NCBI GenBank assembly: GCA_963841805.1
Contig: CAWJEB010000006.1
Span: forward strand, 17,480-81,479
DNA length: 64,000 nucleotides
DNA from: an uncultured Chloroflexia bacterium
GTDB taxonomy: Bacteria; Chloroflexota; Anaerolineae; Anaerolineales; Anaerolineaceae
Direction: 5' to 3'
Under the pieces are notes generated by a model. That model was not told the DNA's origin, made no database searches, and saw only the letters and a program-made list of their open reading frames with translations. Made by a program: the position numbers and the translations under genes. Positions 21,585 through 31,571 of this stretch are shown one piece after another (the first letter of the stretch is position 1; each line of letters begins with the position of its first letter).

Positions 21585-22414
21585 AGTCGCGCCTGTTTTC
21601 ATATAACTACATTGATACATTTATCCACCGCTTGTCCGGACTCACCAAGCTGATCTGCTTCCTGTTTCTCACCTTCGCGGTCATGTTCTCGTATGATATC
21701 CGCGTTATTCTTTTCGTCATGGTTTTTTCATCCATCATCATGGCCGTTTCACGGATCAAGTTCGCCCAGATCCGTCTGATGGTTTATTACGTCTCAGCCT
21801 TCCTGTTGATCAATGCCATCCTGACCTTCTTCTTCGCCCCGGAATACGGCGTATCCATTTATGGCACCCGGCATGTCCTGGTCACCTTCTTCGGCAAATA
21901 CATCCTCACATCTGAGCAGTTGTTTTACCAGGCCACCCAGGTATTAAAATATGCCTCGGTTATCCCGTTGGGGATCATTTTTATCCTTACCACCAATCCC
22001 AGTGAATTCGCATCTTCTGTAAGCGGGGTCGGGTTGAATTACAAATTTTCCTTTGCAATTGCACTTACCCTGCGCTATTTTCCAGATATCCAACGGACAT
22101 ACACAGATATTAGCCAGGCGCAGCAGGCGCGTGGGTTGGAAATGTCCCGCAAGGCCAGCCTGGGCGACCGCTTCAAATACTCTTTGATGATCATCATCCC
22201 GTTGATCTTTTCCACGCTGGACCGCATAGAATTGATCACCAACGCCATGGATCTGCGCGGATTTGGCAAAGGCAATAAACGCACCTGGTATGTAACAAAG
22301 CGGTTCACCCTGGAAGACTATTTTTCGATCGCAGTTTCGGCTGTAATTTTTGCTGCATCTCTGGTGGTAACAGCTTTTGTCAACCATTCACGGTTTTATA
22401 ATCCATTTATTTAA
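21581..22414 (+). CDS. ecfT: ECF transporter T component (EcfT/CbiQ family)
   Basis: ATG 21581 overlaps the ATPase stop (ATGA). Polytopic protein with the coupling-helix-type segment QAQQARGLE. Confidence 0.8.
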   Translation: MKSRLFSYNYIDTFIHRLSGLTKLICFLFLTFAVMFSYDIRVILFVMVFSSIIMAVSRIKFAQIRLMVYYVSAFLLINAILTFFFAPEYGVSIYGTRHVLVTFFGKYILTSEQLFYQATQVLKYASVIPLGIIFILTTNPSEFASSVSGVGLNYKFSFAIALTLRYFPDIQRTYTDISQAQQARGLEMSRKASLGDRFKYSLMIIIPLIFSTLDRIELITNAMDLRGFGKGNKRTWYVTKRFTLEDYFSIAVSAVIFAASLVVTAFVNHSRFYNPFI

Positions 22415-22425
22415 AGGCAGAAAAT

Positions 22426-23277
22426 ATGAAACCCATTTTAGTTTTTCAAACTGATTTCACATATAAAGAGGGCGCAGTTTGCGCCATGTATGGCGTGGTA
22501 AAGAGCGTTGACCGTGAACTGGAGATTATCGACGGCACACATGAGATTCCCCAGTATGATGTTTGGTCCGCTTCATATCGACTCTACCAATCCATGCAAT
22601 TTTGGCCTGAAGGAACCATATTTGTTTCGGTGGTGGATCCGGGAGTAGGTACGCCCCGCAAGGCCTGCGTTGCCAAAACGATTGATGGCTATTTCATCGT
22701 CACGCCGGACAACGGCTCGCTGACCCATGTCAAGCAGCAGATCGGAATTGCCGAAGTGCGCGAGATTGACGAAACTGTTAACCGCCTTCGCGGCAAGAAT
22801 ACCGAAAGCACCAGCGTATTTCATGGACGCGACCTGTTTGGATATTGCGCGGCGAAGATGGCCAGCGGAATCATTTCCTATATAGAAGTCGGCCCGGGAT
22901 ATTCTGTTGATCAGATCGTAGAATTACCCACCCATGCCCCGGTCATTACGGGCAATGCAGTGAAAGGGATCTTTGAAATCGGGGATCCCAATTTCGGTAA
23001 TTTATGGACGAATATTCCATTACAAATCTTTACAGAAGCTGGTTTTGCTTATGGAGATCATATTATGACCTCCGTGAATCACCTCGGGAAGGTGGTTTTT
23101 GAAAAGACCCTGCTTTTTGAAAAGTCCTTTGGATTTGTAAACAAAGGTGAAGCGATGATCTATAACAATGAACTGAATATAGTCTCGATGGCAGTCAACC
23201 AGGGCAGCCTGGTGGATAGCTACGATCTATCGTGGGGACCTGAGTGGGAAGTGGAATTCAAAAAAGGATCTTCCTGA
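22426..23277 (+). CDS. SAM hydrolase / SAM-dependent halogenase family protein (DUF62, SAM hydroxide adenosyltransferase-like)
   Basis: ILVFQTDFTYKEGAVCAMYGV, VSVVDPGVGT and VTPDNGSLTHV are typical of DUF62. Confidence 0.8.
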   Translation: MKPILVFQTDFTYKEGAVCAMYGVVKSVDRELEIIDGTHEIPQYDVWSASYRLYQSMQFWPEGTIFVSVVDPGVGTPRKACVAKTIDGYFIVTPDNGSLTHVKQQIGIAEVREIDETVNRLRGKNTESTSVFHGRDLFGYCAAKMASGIISYIEVGPGYSVDQIVELPTHAPVITGNAVKGIFEIGDPNFGNLWTNIPLQIFTEAGFAYGDHIMTSVNHLGKVVFEKTLLFEKSFGFVNKGEAMIYNNELNIVSMAVNQGSLVDSYDLSWGPEWEVEFKKGSS

Positions 23278-23400
23278 TTCCTGCCCTGACTTTTCAATAA
23301 TCTTGACAACTTCTTGACGCGCTAACCAGGTATCTTGCTCTTCCCTTTATACATTAACGTGTATGATTTCCGATCATTTAATGTATAGAGGTAACTTAAA

Positions 23401-25335
23401 ATGCAAGTACAAACAAAATATCAGAACATTTTCGAAGAAACTGTTGGGCGAATTCCCAACCCCAAGTTTGAAAATTTATTTATCGGTAAACCCATTTCCA
23501 ACGCGGACGCGGACCATCAGGCGATTGGTAAATTAGTCGGCCTGGCTGTTTTCTCATCGGATGCCCTCTCGTCAGTCGCATATGGACCGCAGGAGTTGAT
23601 GGTCATCTTAATGGTTGCTGGTTCTGCCGCGACCCACCTGGCTCTGCCCTTGGTCATCGGAATCGTGGCCTTACTCGCCATCCTCACATTCTCTTATGAG
23701 CAAACGATCCACGCCTATCCCAGCGGAGGCGGCGCTTATATCGTTGCACGCGATAACCTGGGAGAACTCCCGGCGCAAACTGCCGGGGCAGCTCTGATGA
23801 TGGATTACATTCTCACTGTGGCTGTCTCTATATCCTCAGGTGTAGCCCAATTAACCTCGGCTTATCCCGCACTTTATCCTTACCGTGTAATAATTGCTGT
23901 CGTCATGATCGGTTTCATCATGGTCATCAACTTGCGAGGTGTAAAAGAATCCGGGATTGCGTTTGCCATTCCCACATACTTTTTCCTTGCCATGATGTTC
24001 ATAACCCTGATCTTTGGCTTGGTGAAATATGCCACAGGCGGTTTGGGTGTGGTCGTTGATCCTCCAACGATGGAGGTGGGATTAACCCAATCTGTTACTT
24101 TGTTCCTGATCTTGAGGGCATTTGCCAATGGAACAACCTCATTGACCGGTGTGGAAGCCATATCGAACGGCATTACTGCCTTTAAAGAACCGCGTAGTAA
24201 GAACGCCGGTAATACCCTGATCTGGATGGCAGGGATTCTGGGCAGTATGTTGATCGCCACCACCTTTCTGGCAATCCACACCGGGGCTGTTCCGGCCGAA
24301 AGCGAGACAGTTATTTCGCAGATTGCCAGAACAATCCATAATAACCGTGGCATTCTCTACCTGGGGACAATCTCCGCAACAACCATCATCCTGATCATGG
24401 CAGCCAACACTGCCTTTGCAGATTTTCCTCGTCTGGGTGCAATGATCGCGGGGGATGGATTCTTGCCCAGGCAACTGACAACCAAGGGCACCCGCCTGGT
24501 CTTTTCCAGTGGAATTATGGCACTTGCAGCCATTTCTTCATTGCTCGTTATCCTTTTTAAGGCCAGCGTAACCAGCCTCATCCCGCTCTATGCGATTGGT
24601 GTCTTTCTCTCCTTTACACTATCCCAAACGGGTATGTCGCACCGTTGGTGGAAATCCGGTCACTTAAAACCTGGTGAAGCGATCGTTGAAAAAGGATCAA
24701 CCGTTACTTACACAAAAGGCTGGATCCATAAGATGATCATCAATGGGTTTGGGGCCTTGTTGACTGCCGTCGTGATGATGATTTTCGCTGTGACGAAATT
24801 TACAGACGGCGCCTGGTTGGTAGTATTGATCACACCCTTATTGGTTTTAGGCTTTTATACCATTCACCACCATTATAAGAACCTTGCCCGGCAGCTATCA
24901 CTTGAGAATCACATCATCCCAAAGCGTGTTATCCGCAACCGCGTCATCATGCCTGTTGGAGGAGTTCATAATGGGACTTTAATGGCCTTGAAATATGCCC
25001 GCACCCTTTCTATGGATGTGACAGCCGTGTACATCAGCACTGATCCGCAGGAGACAGACCGGATCGAAGAAAAATGGAATCACTGGGGAGACGGCGTCCG
25101 CTTGGTAGTGCTTCACTCACCCTTCCGTGAATTTCTTGAACCTTTGTTATCATATGTCGATCAAATATCCTCTGTTCTATCACCCAATGAAGTGATCACG
25201 ATCGTGGTTCCACAGTTCATTCCACGGGTGTGGTGGACACGTCTGCTGCACAAACGAACCGCTGAAGTGCTGCGCAAGGTGTTGCTCAATCGTGAAAGTA
25301 TTGTGATCCTTGAAGTTCCTTATCATGTAAATTAA
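23401..25335 (+). CDS. APC-superfamily transporter, KimA-like putative K+ transporter
   Basis: The N-terminus FIGKPISNADADHQAIGKLVGLAVFSSDALSSVAYGPQE parallels my recollection of B. subtilis KimA (IGKPLKS...LSSDALSSVAYG). About 12 TM helices plus a ~150-aa soluble C-domain. Confidence 0.65.
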   Translation: MQVQTKYQNIFEETVGRIPNPKFENLFIGKPISNADADHQAIGKLVGLAVFSSDALSSVAYGPQELMVILMVAGSAATHLALPLVIGIVALLAILTFSYEQTIHAYPSGGGAYIVARDNLGELPAQTAGAALMMDYILTVAVSISSGVAQLTSAYPALYPYRVIIAVVMIGFIMVINLRGVKESGIAFAIPTYFFLAMMFITLIFGLVKYATGGLGVVVDPPTMEVGLTQSVTLFLILRAFANGTTSLTGVEAISNGITAFKEPRSKNAGNTLIWMAGILGSMLIATTFLAIHTGAVPAESETVISQIARTIHNNRGILYLGTISATTIILIMAANTAFADFPRLGAMIAGDGFLPRQLTTKGTRLVFSSGIMALAAISSLLVILFKASVTSLIPLYAIGVFLSFTLSQTGMSHRWWKSGHLKPGEAIVEKGSTVTYTKGWIHKMIINGFGALLTAVVMMIFAVTKFTDGAWLVVLITPLLVLGFYTIHHHYKNLARQLSLENHIIPKRVIRNRVIMPVGGVHNGTLMALKYARTLSMDVTAVYISTDPQETDRIEEKWNHWGDGVRLVVLHSPFREFLEPLLSYVDQISSVLSPNEVITIVVPQFIPRVWWTRLLHKRTAEVLRKVLLNRESIVILEVPYHVN

Positions 25336-25413
25336 GCATCTTAGTAATCGTCCGCTCGATATATGCGAAGTCCTATTTCGCACAAAAATTATCGGGCGGA
25401 CTATAATTGTTAA

Positions 25414-28030
25414 ATGGAAAAAAGAACAATCGGCAGGTTGAAAATATTCTTGGGATACGCGCCTTCCGTCGGGAAGAGTCACGCCCTGCTGGATGCTGCC
25501 AACCGTAAAAAAATGGAGGGGGTAAATGTCCACGTAGGCTGTCTGGATGTAGCATTGAATCCTGATCTACAGCCTTTGATCAGAGAACTAACAGGAAGTT
25601 ATACACGCCCACTCACCAAAGAATTGGATATCGATGCAATTCTGGCTTTGAAGCCAGCGCTGGTGATTATAGATAAGCTAGCCTATACCAATCCGCCTGG
25701 ATCCAGGCATCCACGCAGATATCAGGATGTGGAAGAGTTGCTTAATTCCGGCATGGATGTTTACACCACGCTGGATGTGCAAGAGTTGGAAAGTTTGCGC
25801 GACCCAATGTCCGTGGTGATCGGCAGACCGGTGATTGAAACGATCCCCGATCGTATCTTTCAGAACGCTTCGATTATAGAATTTGTGGACCTGCCCCCAG
25901 AAGAGATCATTCAACGCCTTACTCAAAAGGTCGATGCTGGTGAGATCACAGAGGCTGAAATTGAACCTTATCTTTCAATTGACCGATTATCAAAATTGAG
26001 GGAAGTTGCCCTGAAGAAAGCTGCCGGTGTTCTGGAAAGCGCTTCGATCATATCCTCCAACATCAATCAATCAAATAAAAGATCTCTCGAAAATACAAGA
26101 GGTATTCTTGTGTGTGTCAGCTCGCACTCGATTTCTGAAAAACTTGTGCGCGCTGGAAAACGTCAGGCAGACGAAGGCCATTCACCCTGGTACGTTCTTT
26201 ATGTGGAAACTCCCGACCGAGTCGTTCCAAGAATCCCGCACCGTGAAAGACTTGAGAATACATTAAAGCTGGCAGAAGAGCTGGGGGCAATTATTATACG
26301 AAAAACTGCCCTCGACATTCCAACGGCCATCAGCGCCTTCACCCGCGAATATAATATTACCAAGATCATTCTTGGAGCGCCGCACCGTCATGCGTGGAGT
26401 GATTGGATCGGAAAGACATCGCTGGAACGATTGGTACATCTTGTTGGACCGATCGAAATGTTGATCATTAAGGATGATGCGGGTTCCGGAATAAGTCATC
26501 AGCCGGTAGGATTCGGTCCAATTCAAACCGATAGCGGTTACTTAAAAGCTATCGGAGTTGTAGCACTTACAACAGCTATCAGCTATCCCCTTCATCTCGT
26601 CATAGAGCCGGTGAACCTTGTGATGCTATACCTTGTGGCGGTGATGGCTTGTGCATTCTATTTTGGCCGCGGACCTGGAATTCTGGCTACCATTCTCGGC
26701 GTATTGTCATTTGATTACTTCATGGTCGCACCGCGTTTCACATTAACAGTCGCTGATTCCCAATATTTATTAACATTCGTTGGTTTTTTTGTCATCAGTC
26801 TGGTAGTTTCTGGATTGGCTGGCAAGGTTAGAACACAGGTCAAAGCCAGTATCCAGCGTGAAGACCAGACAGCTTCTTTATACACATTAAGCCAGGAATT
26901 AACCAATGCGTACGATCGTAATACTGCGCTGCAAGTAATAAAAAACCAAATTCAGATGACCTTCGTCCGGGACTGCATCATTTGGACAAGTAATGGCAAA
27001 GAAATCTTGTCGTTCCCGGAACCAACTCAGCAACGTGACAATGATAATGAAAAACGAGCAGTTGAATGGGTAATAGATCATCAACAACTCGCCGGTCGTG
27101 GAACAGAAACATTTCCCGATCTGTCGTCGATCTTCTACCCCATGATTGTAGGCAGCCATTGTGTTGGAGTGCTGGAAGTGAGTGATGAATACAACAGCAT
27201 CTTATTGAACCTGGAAAAGCGGAAACTGCTGGAAGCATATTGCGGTATGGCAGCAATGGCCATTGAACGCACCCGCCTCGTGGAAGAGCAGAAAATTACA
27301 CAATTATCCATCGAGACAGAACGGCTGCAAAATGCATTACTAAATTCCATCTCTCATGATTTGCGCACCCCCCTTGCTACCATTACCGGTGTTTTGTCCA
27401 GTTTACGGGAATCAGACCAATCTATAAACGGTGCTTATCCATTGGATGAACAGACAAAAATCGAATTAATAGATGCGGGATGGGAAGAAGCCGAGCGCCT
27501 AAACCGGGTGGTTGGCAACCTGCTGGATATTTCCAGGTTGGAATCTGGTGCATTACATCTCAATATGCAATATGGAGACTTGGAAGGGGTCATCGGAGCG
27601 GTTTTGGGAAGAATAAAAAGCCGGTTGGAAGGCTTTAATTTACAAGTGAATATTCCATCACAACTACCGCGGGTTCTGTTCGACCCCGGCTTGCTGGAGC
27701 AGGTAATTCTATAACTTACTGGACAATGCCATCAAATATTCGGCTGTATTAAAAGAAATAGTCATATCTATTTACCAGAATCCGGAAGAAGTATTAATCT
27801 CCATTCAGGATCAGGGAGGTGGGATTCCATCATCCGAATTGGATTTAATATTTGATAAGTTTTACCGGAGTAAATCGTCTGGTAGTATTTCTGGGAGCGG
27901 ACTTGGACTGGCAATATGCAAAGGGATTGTTGAAGCCCACGCCGGTAAAATTTGGGCTGAAAGCAATCGCCCCCAGGGAACCACGATCTGGTTTTCGTTG
28001 CCGCTAAGTAAGGAAGAGGAAGGGGAATAA
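25414..28030 (+). pseudogene. kdpD: KdpD-type sensor histidine kinase with a +1 frame disruption at about 27707-27714
   Basis: KdpD N-domain GRLKIFLGYAPSVGKSHALL ... YTNPPGSRHPRRYQDVEELL, a Usp-like domain, a TM block, and H-box SISHDLRTPL. Frame 0 stops at 27712-27714. The N/G boxes (NLLDNAIKYS ... GSGLGLAICKGIVEAHAG) continue in frame +1 to 28030. Confidence 0.8.
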
Positions 28031-28725
28031 TGGAACCGCAATCTGGCCTTATATTAATTGTTGACGATGAACGTCCGATCAGACGTTTTTTACGCGTGTC
28101 TCTTTCCTCGCATGGATTTGATGTTCTGGAAGCTGAGAACGGGCAACAAGCGTTTAATCTCCTCACTAGCCGCCACCCGGATTTGGTGATTTTAGACCTT
28201 TCCCTGCCGGACATGGATGGTATCGACATCCTGAAAAGATTGAGGGAGTGGAGCGAGACTCCTGTCATCATCCTTTCTGTACGTGATAACGAAGAGGAAA
28301 AGATCAAAGCTCTGGATGCCGGTGCGGATGACTACCTTACCAAACCGTTCAGCGCTGGTGAGCTTTCTGCCCGCATCAGGACAGCACTGCGCCATTATCA
28401 AAAATCAACAGACCTGCCAGCCGTTATGCAATTGGGTGAGCTAAAGCTGGATCTTGTTCGCAGGCAAGTATTCATCGCAGATCAAGAAGTCAGCCTGACA
28501 CCTACAGAGTATGAACTCCTCAGGTATCTTTTTCGCAATGCTGGCAAAGTGGTTACCCATCATATGCTGCTGCGAGAGGTTTGGGGAAGCGGGTATGAAA
28601 ATGACCCGCACTTGGTGCGGGTCAATATAAGCAATTTACGTCATAAGATCGAGAAAGATCCAACTCAGCCAGAATTTGTCTTGACCGAGGCGGGTGTTGG
28701 CTACCGATTCAAAGCGTTGGACTAA
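28030..28725 (+). CDS. kdpE: OmpR-family response regulator, KdpE-like
   Basis: Receiver domain (ILIVDDE, VILDLSLPDMDG, LTKPF) plus a winged helix (LTPTEYELLRYL, GVGYRF). The ATG overlaps the kdpD-frame stop (TAATG). Confidence 0.8.
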   Translation: MEPQSGLILIVDDERPIRRFLRVSLSSHGFDVLEAENGQQAFNLLTSRHPDLVILDLSLPDMDGIDILKRLREWSETPVIILSVRDNEEEKIKALDAGADDYLTKPFSAGELSARIRTALRHYQKSTDLPAVMQLGELKLDLVRRQVFIADQEVSLTPTEYELLRYLFRNAGKVVTHHMLLREVWGSGYENDPHLVRVNISNLRHKIEKDPTQPEFVLTEAGVGYRFKALD

Positions 28726-29255
28726 TTCTCTTCCTCGACGGTAACTCTCTCTTTGCGTCTTCGAAACCCCATGATGAGCACAATCACTCCCAGCAGGATC
28801 AACGCAACAGGCCAGATCACAGCCGCATAGTTTATCCCGCCAAAGGCGAACCCAAAGATACCAAAGAACAAGAGACTCCCGAACAGGTTCCACAACCCGG
28901 CTATATAAGCGCCCCGTTTGCGAGTCAATAAACCAAACACCAGCAAACCGAAAGCCACAAAACCGGGGATGAGAGTCCATAAGTAAGACCAGCTTGCCCA
29001 GTCACCGGTGCTGTTCTGGTAATACAGCACGCCGCCGATTCCGGTAAGAATACTGGCTGGGATGAACAATGCTGGAGTCCATGAAATGATGGCCACTAAA
29101 GCAAATAGGATACCCAAACCAATGATTTGAAGCGGCCATGTGCCGGGTCCAATGACAAGTTGTTCCAGCCCGGGTATCAATTGGATGGCTAGATACCAGG
29201 CGCCGATGATGATCAACAAAAAGGCAAACGCAATTCTTCCTCTGTTATGTTTCAT
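28722..29255 (-). CDS. polytopic membrane protein of unknown function
   Basis: Five or six hydrophobic helices and a basic C-tail. It converges on kdpE with a 4-nt overlap. Confidence 0.6.
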   Translation of the reverse strand: MKHNRGRIAFAFLLIIIGAWYLAIQLIPGLEQLVIGPGTWPLQIIGLGILFALVAIISWTPALFIPASILTGIGGVLYYQNSTGDWASWSYLWTLIPGFVAFGLLVFGLLTRKRGAYIAGLWNLFGSLLFFGIFGFAFGGINYAAVIWPVALILLGVIVLIMGFRRRKERVTVEEEN

Positions 29256-29390
29256 GATTTCCTCGCTTAATTGATTATGGATATATTATAACCATGCTTG
29301 TAAAGTATTCTACTCTATAAATGAGTACGCAATATTCAGCCAAATGGTTCAATAATCTTGCATCAACTGATTTCAACATATAATACCTGT

Positions 29391-31571
29391 ATGGATCCAA
29401 CATTGGAACTGACCGACCAGCAAAGAGAATTATTGAATTGCCCAATCGGGAGCAAGATCTGGCTTTCGGGAATGGCTGGTTGTGGAAAGACCACTACGGC
29501 AGCGCAGTACCTGCTCAACCTGGTGAATAACAGTGTCCCGGCGGATCAAGTACTTATCCTTCTGCCGCAACGTACACTGGCGAAAACCTACTCCGATATC
29601 ATCGCATCAAATGATTTTCCAGCCGGCGGCCGCCCGGATATATTGACCTTAAATGGATTAGCCCAGCGCAGCGTCAGTTTGTTCTGGCCTTTGATCTCCT
29701 CCTCCGCGGGCTTCAAACAACCCGATAATTCCCCGGTGTTTCTAACCATCGAGACCGCCCAGTACTATATGTCAAAAATTGTTAACCCTTTACTACAACA
29801 GGGCTACTTTGGCGCGGTCACCATCACCCCCAACCGTTTGTACAGCCAGTTACTGGATAACCTGAATAAATCAGCATTGGTTGGCTTTCCTGTTAACGAA
29901 ATTGCGGAGCGCCTAAAATCCGCCTGGAACGGACCAAGCAGTCAACTGCGCGTCTATGACCAGGCGCAGGAAGCCATCCTGCTTTTCAGAAATTTCTGTC
30001 TTGAGAGCAATCTACTGGATTTCTCTCTGCAGGTGGAAGTTTTTCGAAAACATCTCTGGCACAGCTTATTGTTCCGACAAAACCTGGTCTCGCACTACAG
30101 GCATGTGATCTTTGATAATGTTGAAGAAGATACACCGGCTGCCCATGACTTCATGCTGGACTGGCTGCCAGAACTTTCCAGCGCGTTGTTCGTTTTTGAT
30201 GAAGGCGGTGGGTATAGAAAATTCCTCGGGGCAGACCCGATCAGCTCCCTGCGCTTGAAAGAAGTCTGCACCCAGGAAATAAGATTTTCTCAAAGCTTTA
30301 ACCTCCCGGCGGCTTTGAAATCATTCCAAACGATATTCGCAAATCGGTTGGGGATCAAACCACCTGAACAAGAACCTGAACTTGAACCTGCTCTTCCTGA
30401 CGAAGCGGAACTATTAGAACATTTCAAACCCAAATCTGTACGCTACTTTCCACAAATGCTGGATGAGGCAGTGGACGAAGCATGGCGCTTGATCAATGAA
30501 GAGGAATTGCCTCCTGGAAATATTGCCATCCTCGCGCCATTCATGAATGACCGCCTGCGGTTTGGATTGACTGAACGTTTGCAGCGTAATGGGATAAAAT
30601 CGCATGTCATTAGACCTTCCAGCACCCTGCAGGAGAACTCGTTTTCGGCATGCCTGCTCACAATTGCCAGGCTGGCGCACCCGGGTTGGAACTTGGACGT
30701 GATCAAGGCAGATTTCATCAACATGTTGACCATCGCTATAAACGAATTGGATCTATGCCGCTCTGGTTTGCTGGCAGATGTAGTTTACCGCCGCAATGGC
30801 GTCGCCATCAATCTCGGGGATTTCAGCCAGGTTAAAGGGGAGGTCAAGGATCGCATCACCTACCTGGCCGGAGAAAGGTATGATCAAATGCGGCAGTGGA
30901 TCGATCTGTATGCTGCCGAACAACCTGTTGAGTTGGATGTGTTTTTTAGTCGTTTGTTTGGAGAGCTGCTTACACAACCGGGTTTCGGTTTTTACCAAAT
31001 GGCCGCCGCTGGAGAAGTGACCGCCAATCTAATGGAAAGTGCTCGCAAATTCAGGCAGGCCGCCCAATCCACCAATAATCCTAGTGATGTCGCGAAGGAA
31101 TTTATCCTGGCAGTTGAATCTGGCCTCGTTTCCGCTCAATATATCCGTAGTTGGGATGAGCCATCGGATAGTAGTGTGTTGATCGCTCCGGCATATACCT
31201 TTTTGATGCAGAACCGTCCGGTCGAGGTGCAGATCTGGCTGGATGTAGGCAGCAATGCCTGGTTCGAACGGCTGGAACAGCCGCTCACACACCCTTACAT
31301 TCTCAACCGCCAGTGGCAGCCTGGAACCATCTGGAACGATACGCTTGAATTCCAATCAAATCAGCAAACGCTATTCCAGCTAACCGCCGGTCTCATGAAC
31401 CGATGCACCCGCCGGATTATTTTGATGTATTCCGAGTTGAATGAGCAGGGGTTTGACCAGCAGGGTGTATTGATAAAATCGATATTCAATACTTTAAAAA
31501 AGATTCGCAAGCTAAATTCGCAGGCTGGCGAAAGGCAAACTGATCTGCCAGAAAAGGGGAACCATGTTTAA
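29391..31571 (+). CDS. UvrD-like SF1 helicase-family protein with divergent motifs (AddB/AdnA-like partner subunit, no nuclease domain seen)
   Basis: Walker A GMAGCGKTT, Ia-like TLNGLAQR, II-like VIFDNVEEDT, III-like FDEGGGYRKFLGADP, VI-like RCTRRIILMYSE. Start taken at ATG 29391. Confidence 0.65.
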   Translation: MDPTLELTDQQRELLNCPIGSKIWLSGMAGCGKTTTAAQYLLNLVNNSVPADQVLILLPQRTLAKTYSDIIASNDFPAGGRPDILTLNGLAQRSVSLFWPLISSSAGFKQPDNSPVFLTIETAQYYMSKIVNPLLQQGYFGAVTITPNRLYSQLLDNLNKSALVGFPVNEIAERLKSAWNGPSSQLRVYDQAQEAILLFRNFCLESNLLDFSLQVEVFRKHLWHSLLFRQNLVSHYRHVIFDNVEEDTPAAHDFMLDWLPELSSALFVFDEGGGYRKFLGADPISSLRLKEVCTQEIRFSQSFNLPAALKSFQTIFANRLGIKPPEQEPELEPALPDEAELLEHFKPKSVRYFPQMLDEAVDEAWRLINEEELPPGNIAILAPFMNDRLRFGLTERLQRNGIKSHVIRPSSTLQENSFSACLLTIARLAHPGWNLDVIKADFINMLTIAINELDLCRSGLLADVVYRRNGVAINLGDFSQVKGEVKDRITYLAGERYDQMRQWIDLYAAEQPVELDVFFSRLFGELLTQPGFGFYQMAAAGEVTANLMESARKFRQAAQSTNNPSDVAKEFILAVESGLVSAQYIRSWDEPSDSSVLIAPAYTFLMQNRPVEVQIWLDVGSNAWFERLEQPLTHPYILNRQWQPGTIWNDTLEFQSNQQTLFQLTAGLMNRCTRRIILMYSELNEQGFDQQGVLIKSIFNTLKKIRKLNSQAGERQTDLPEKGNHV

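Noticed and set aside
23278-23400. c-di-AMP (ydaO/kimA-type) riboswitch upstream of the KimA-like gene
   Set aside because: The spacer is only 123 nt and I see none of the conserved pseudo-symmetric ACGGGG/CCCGA-type segments. Only a 9-bp inverted repeat is present.
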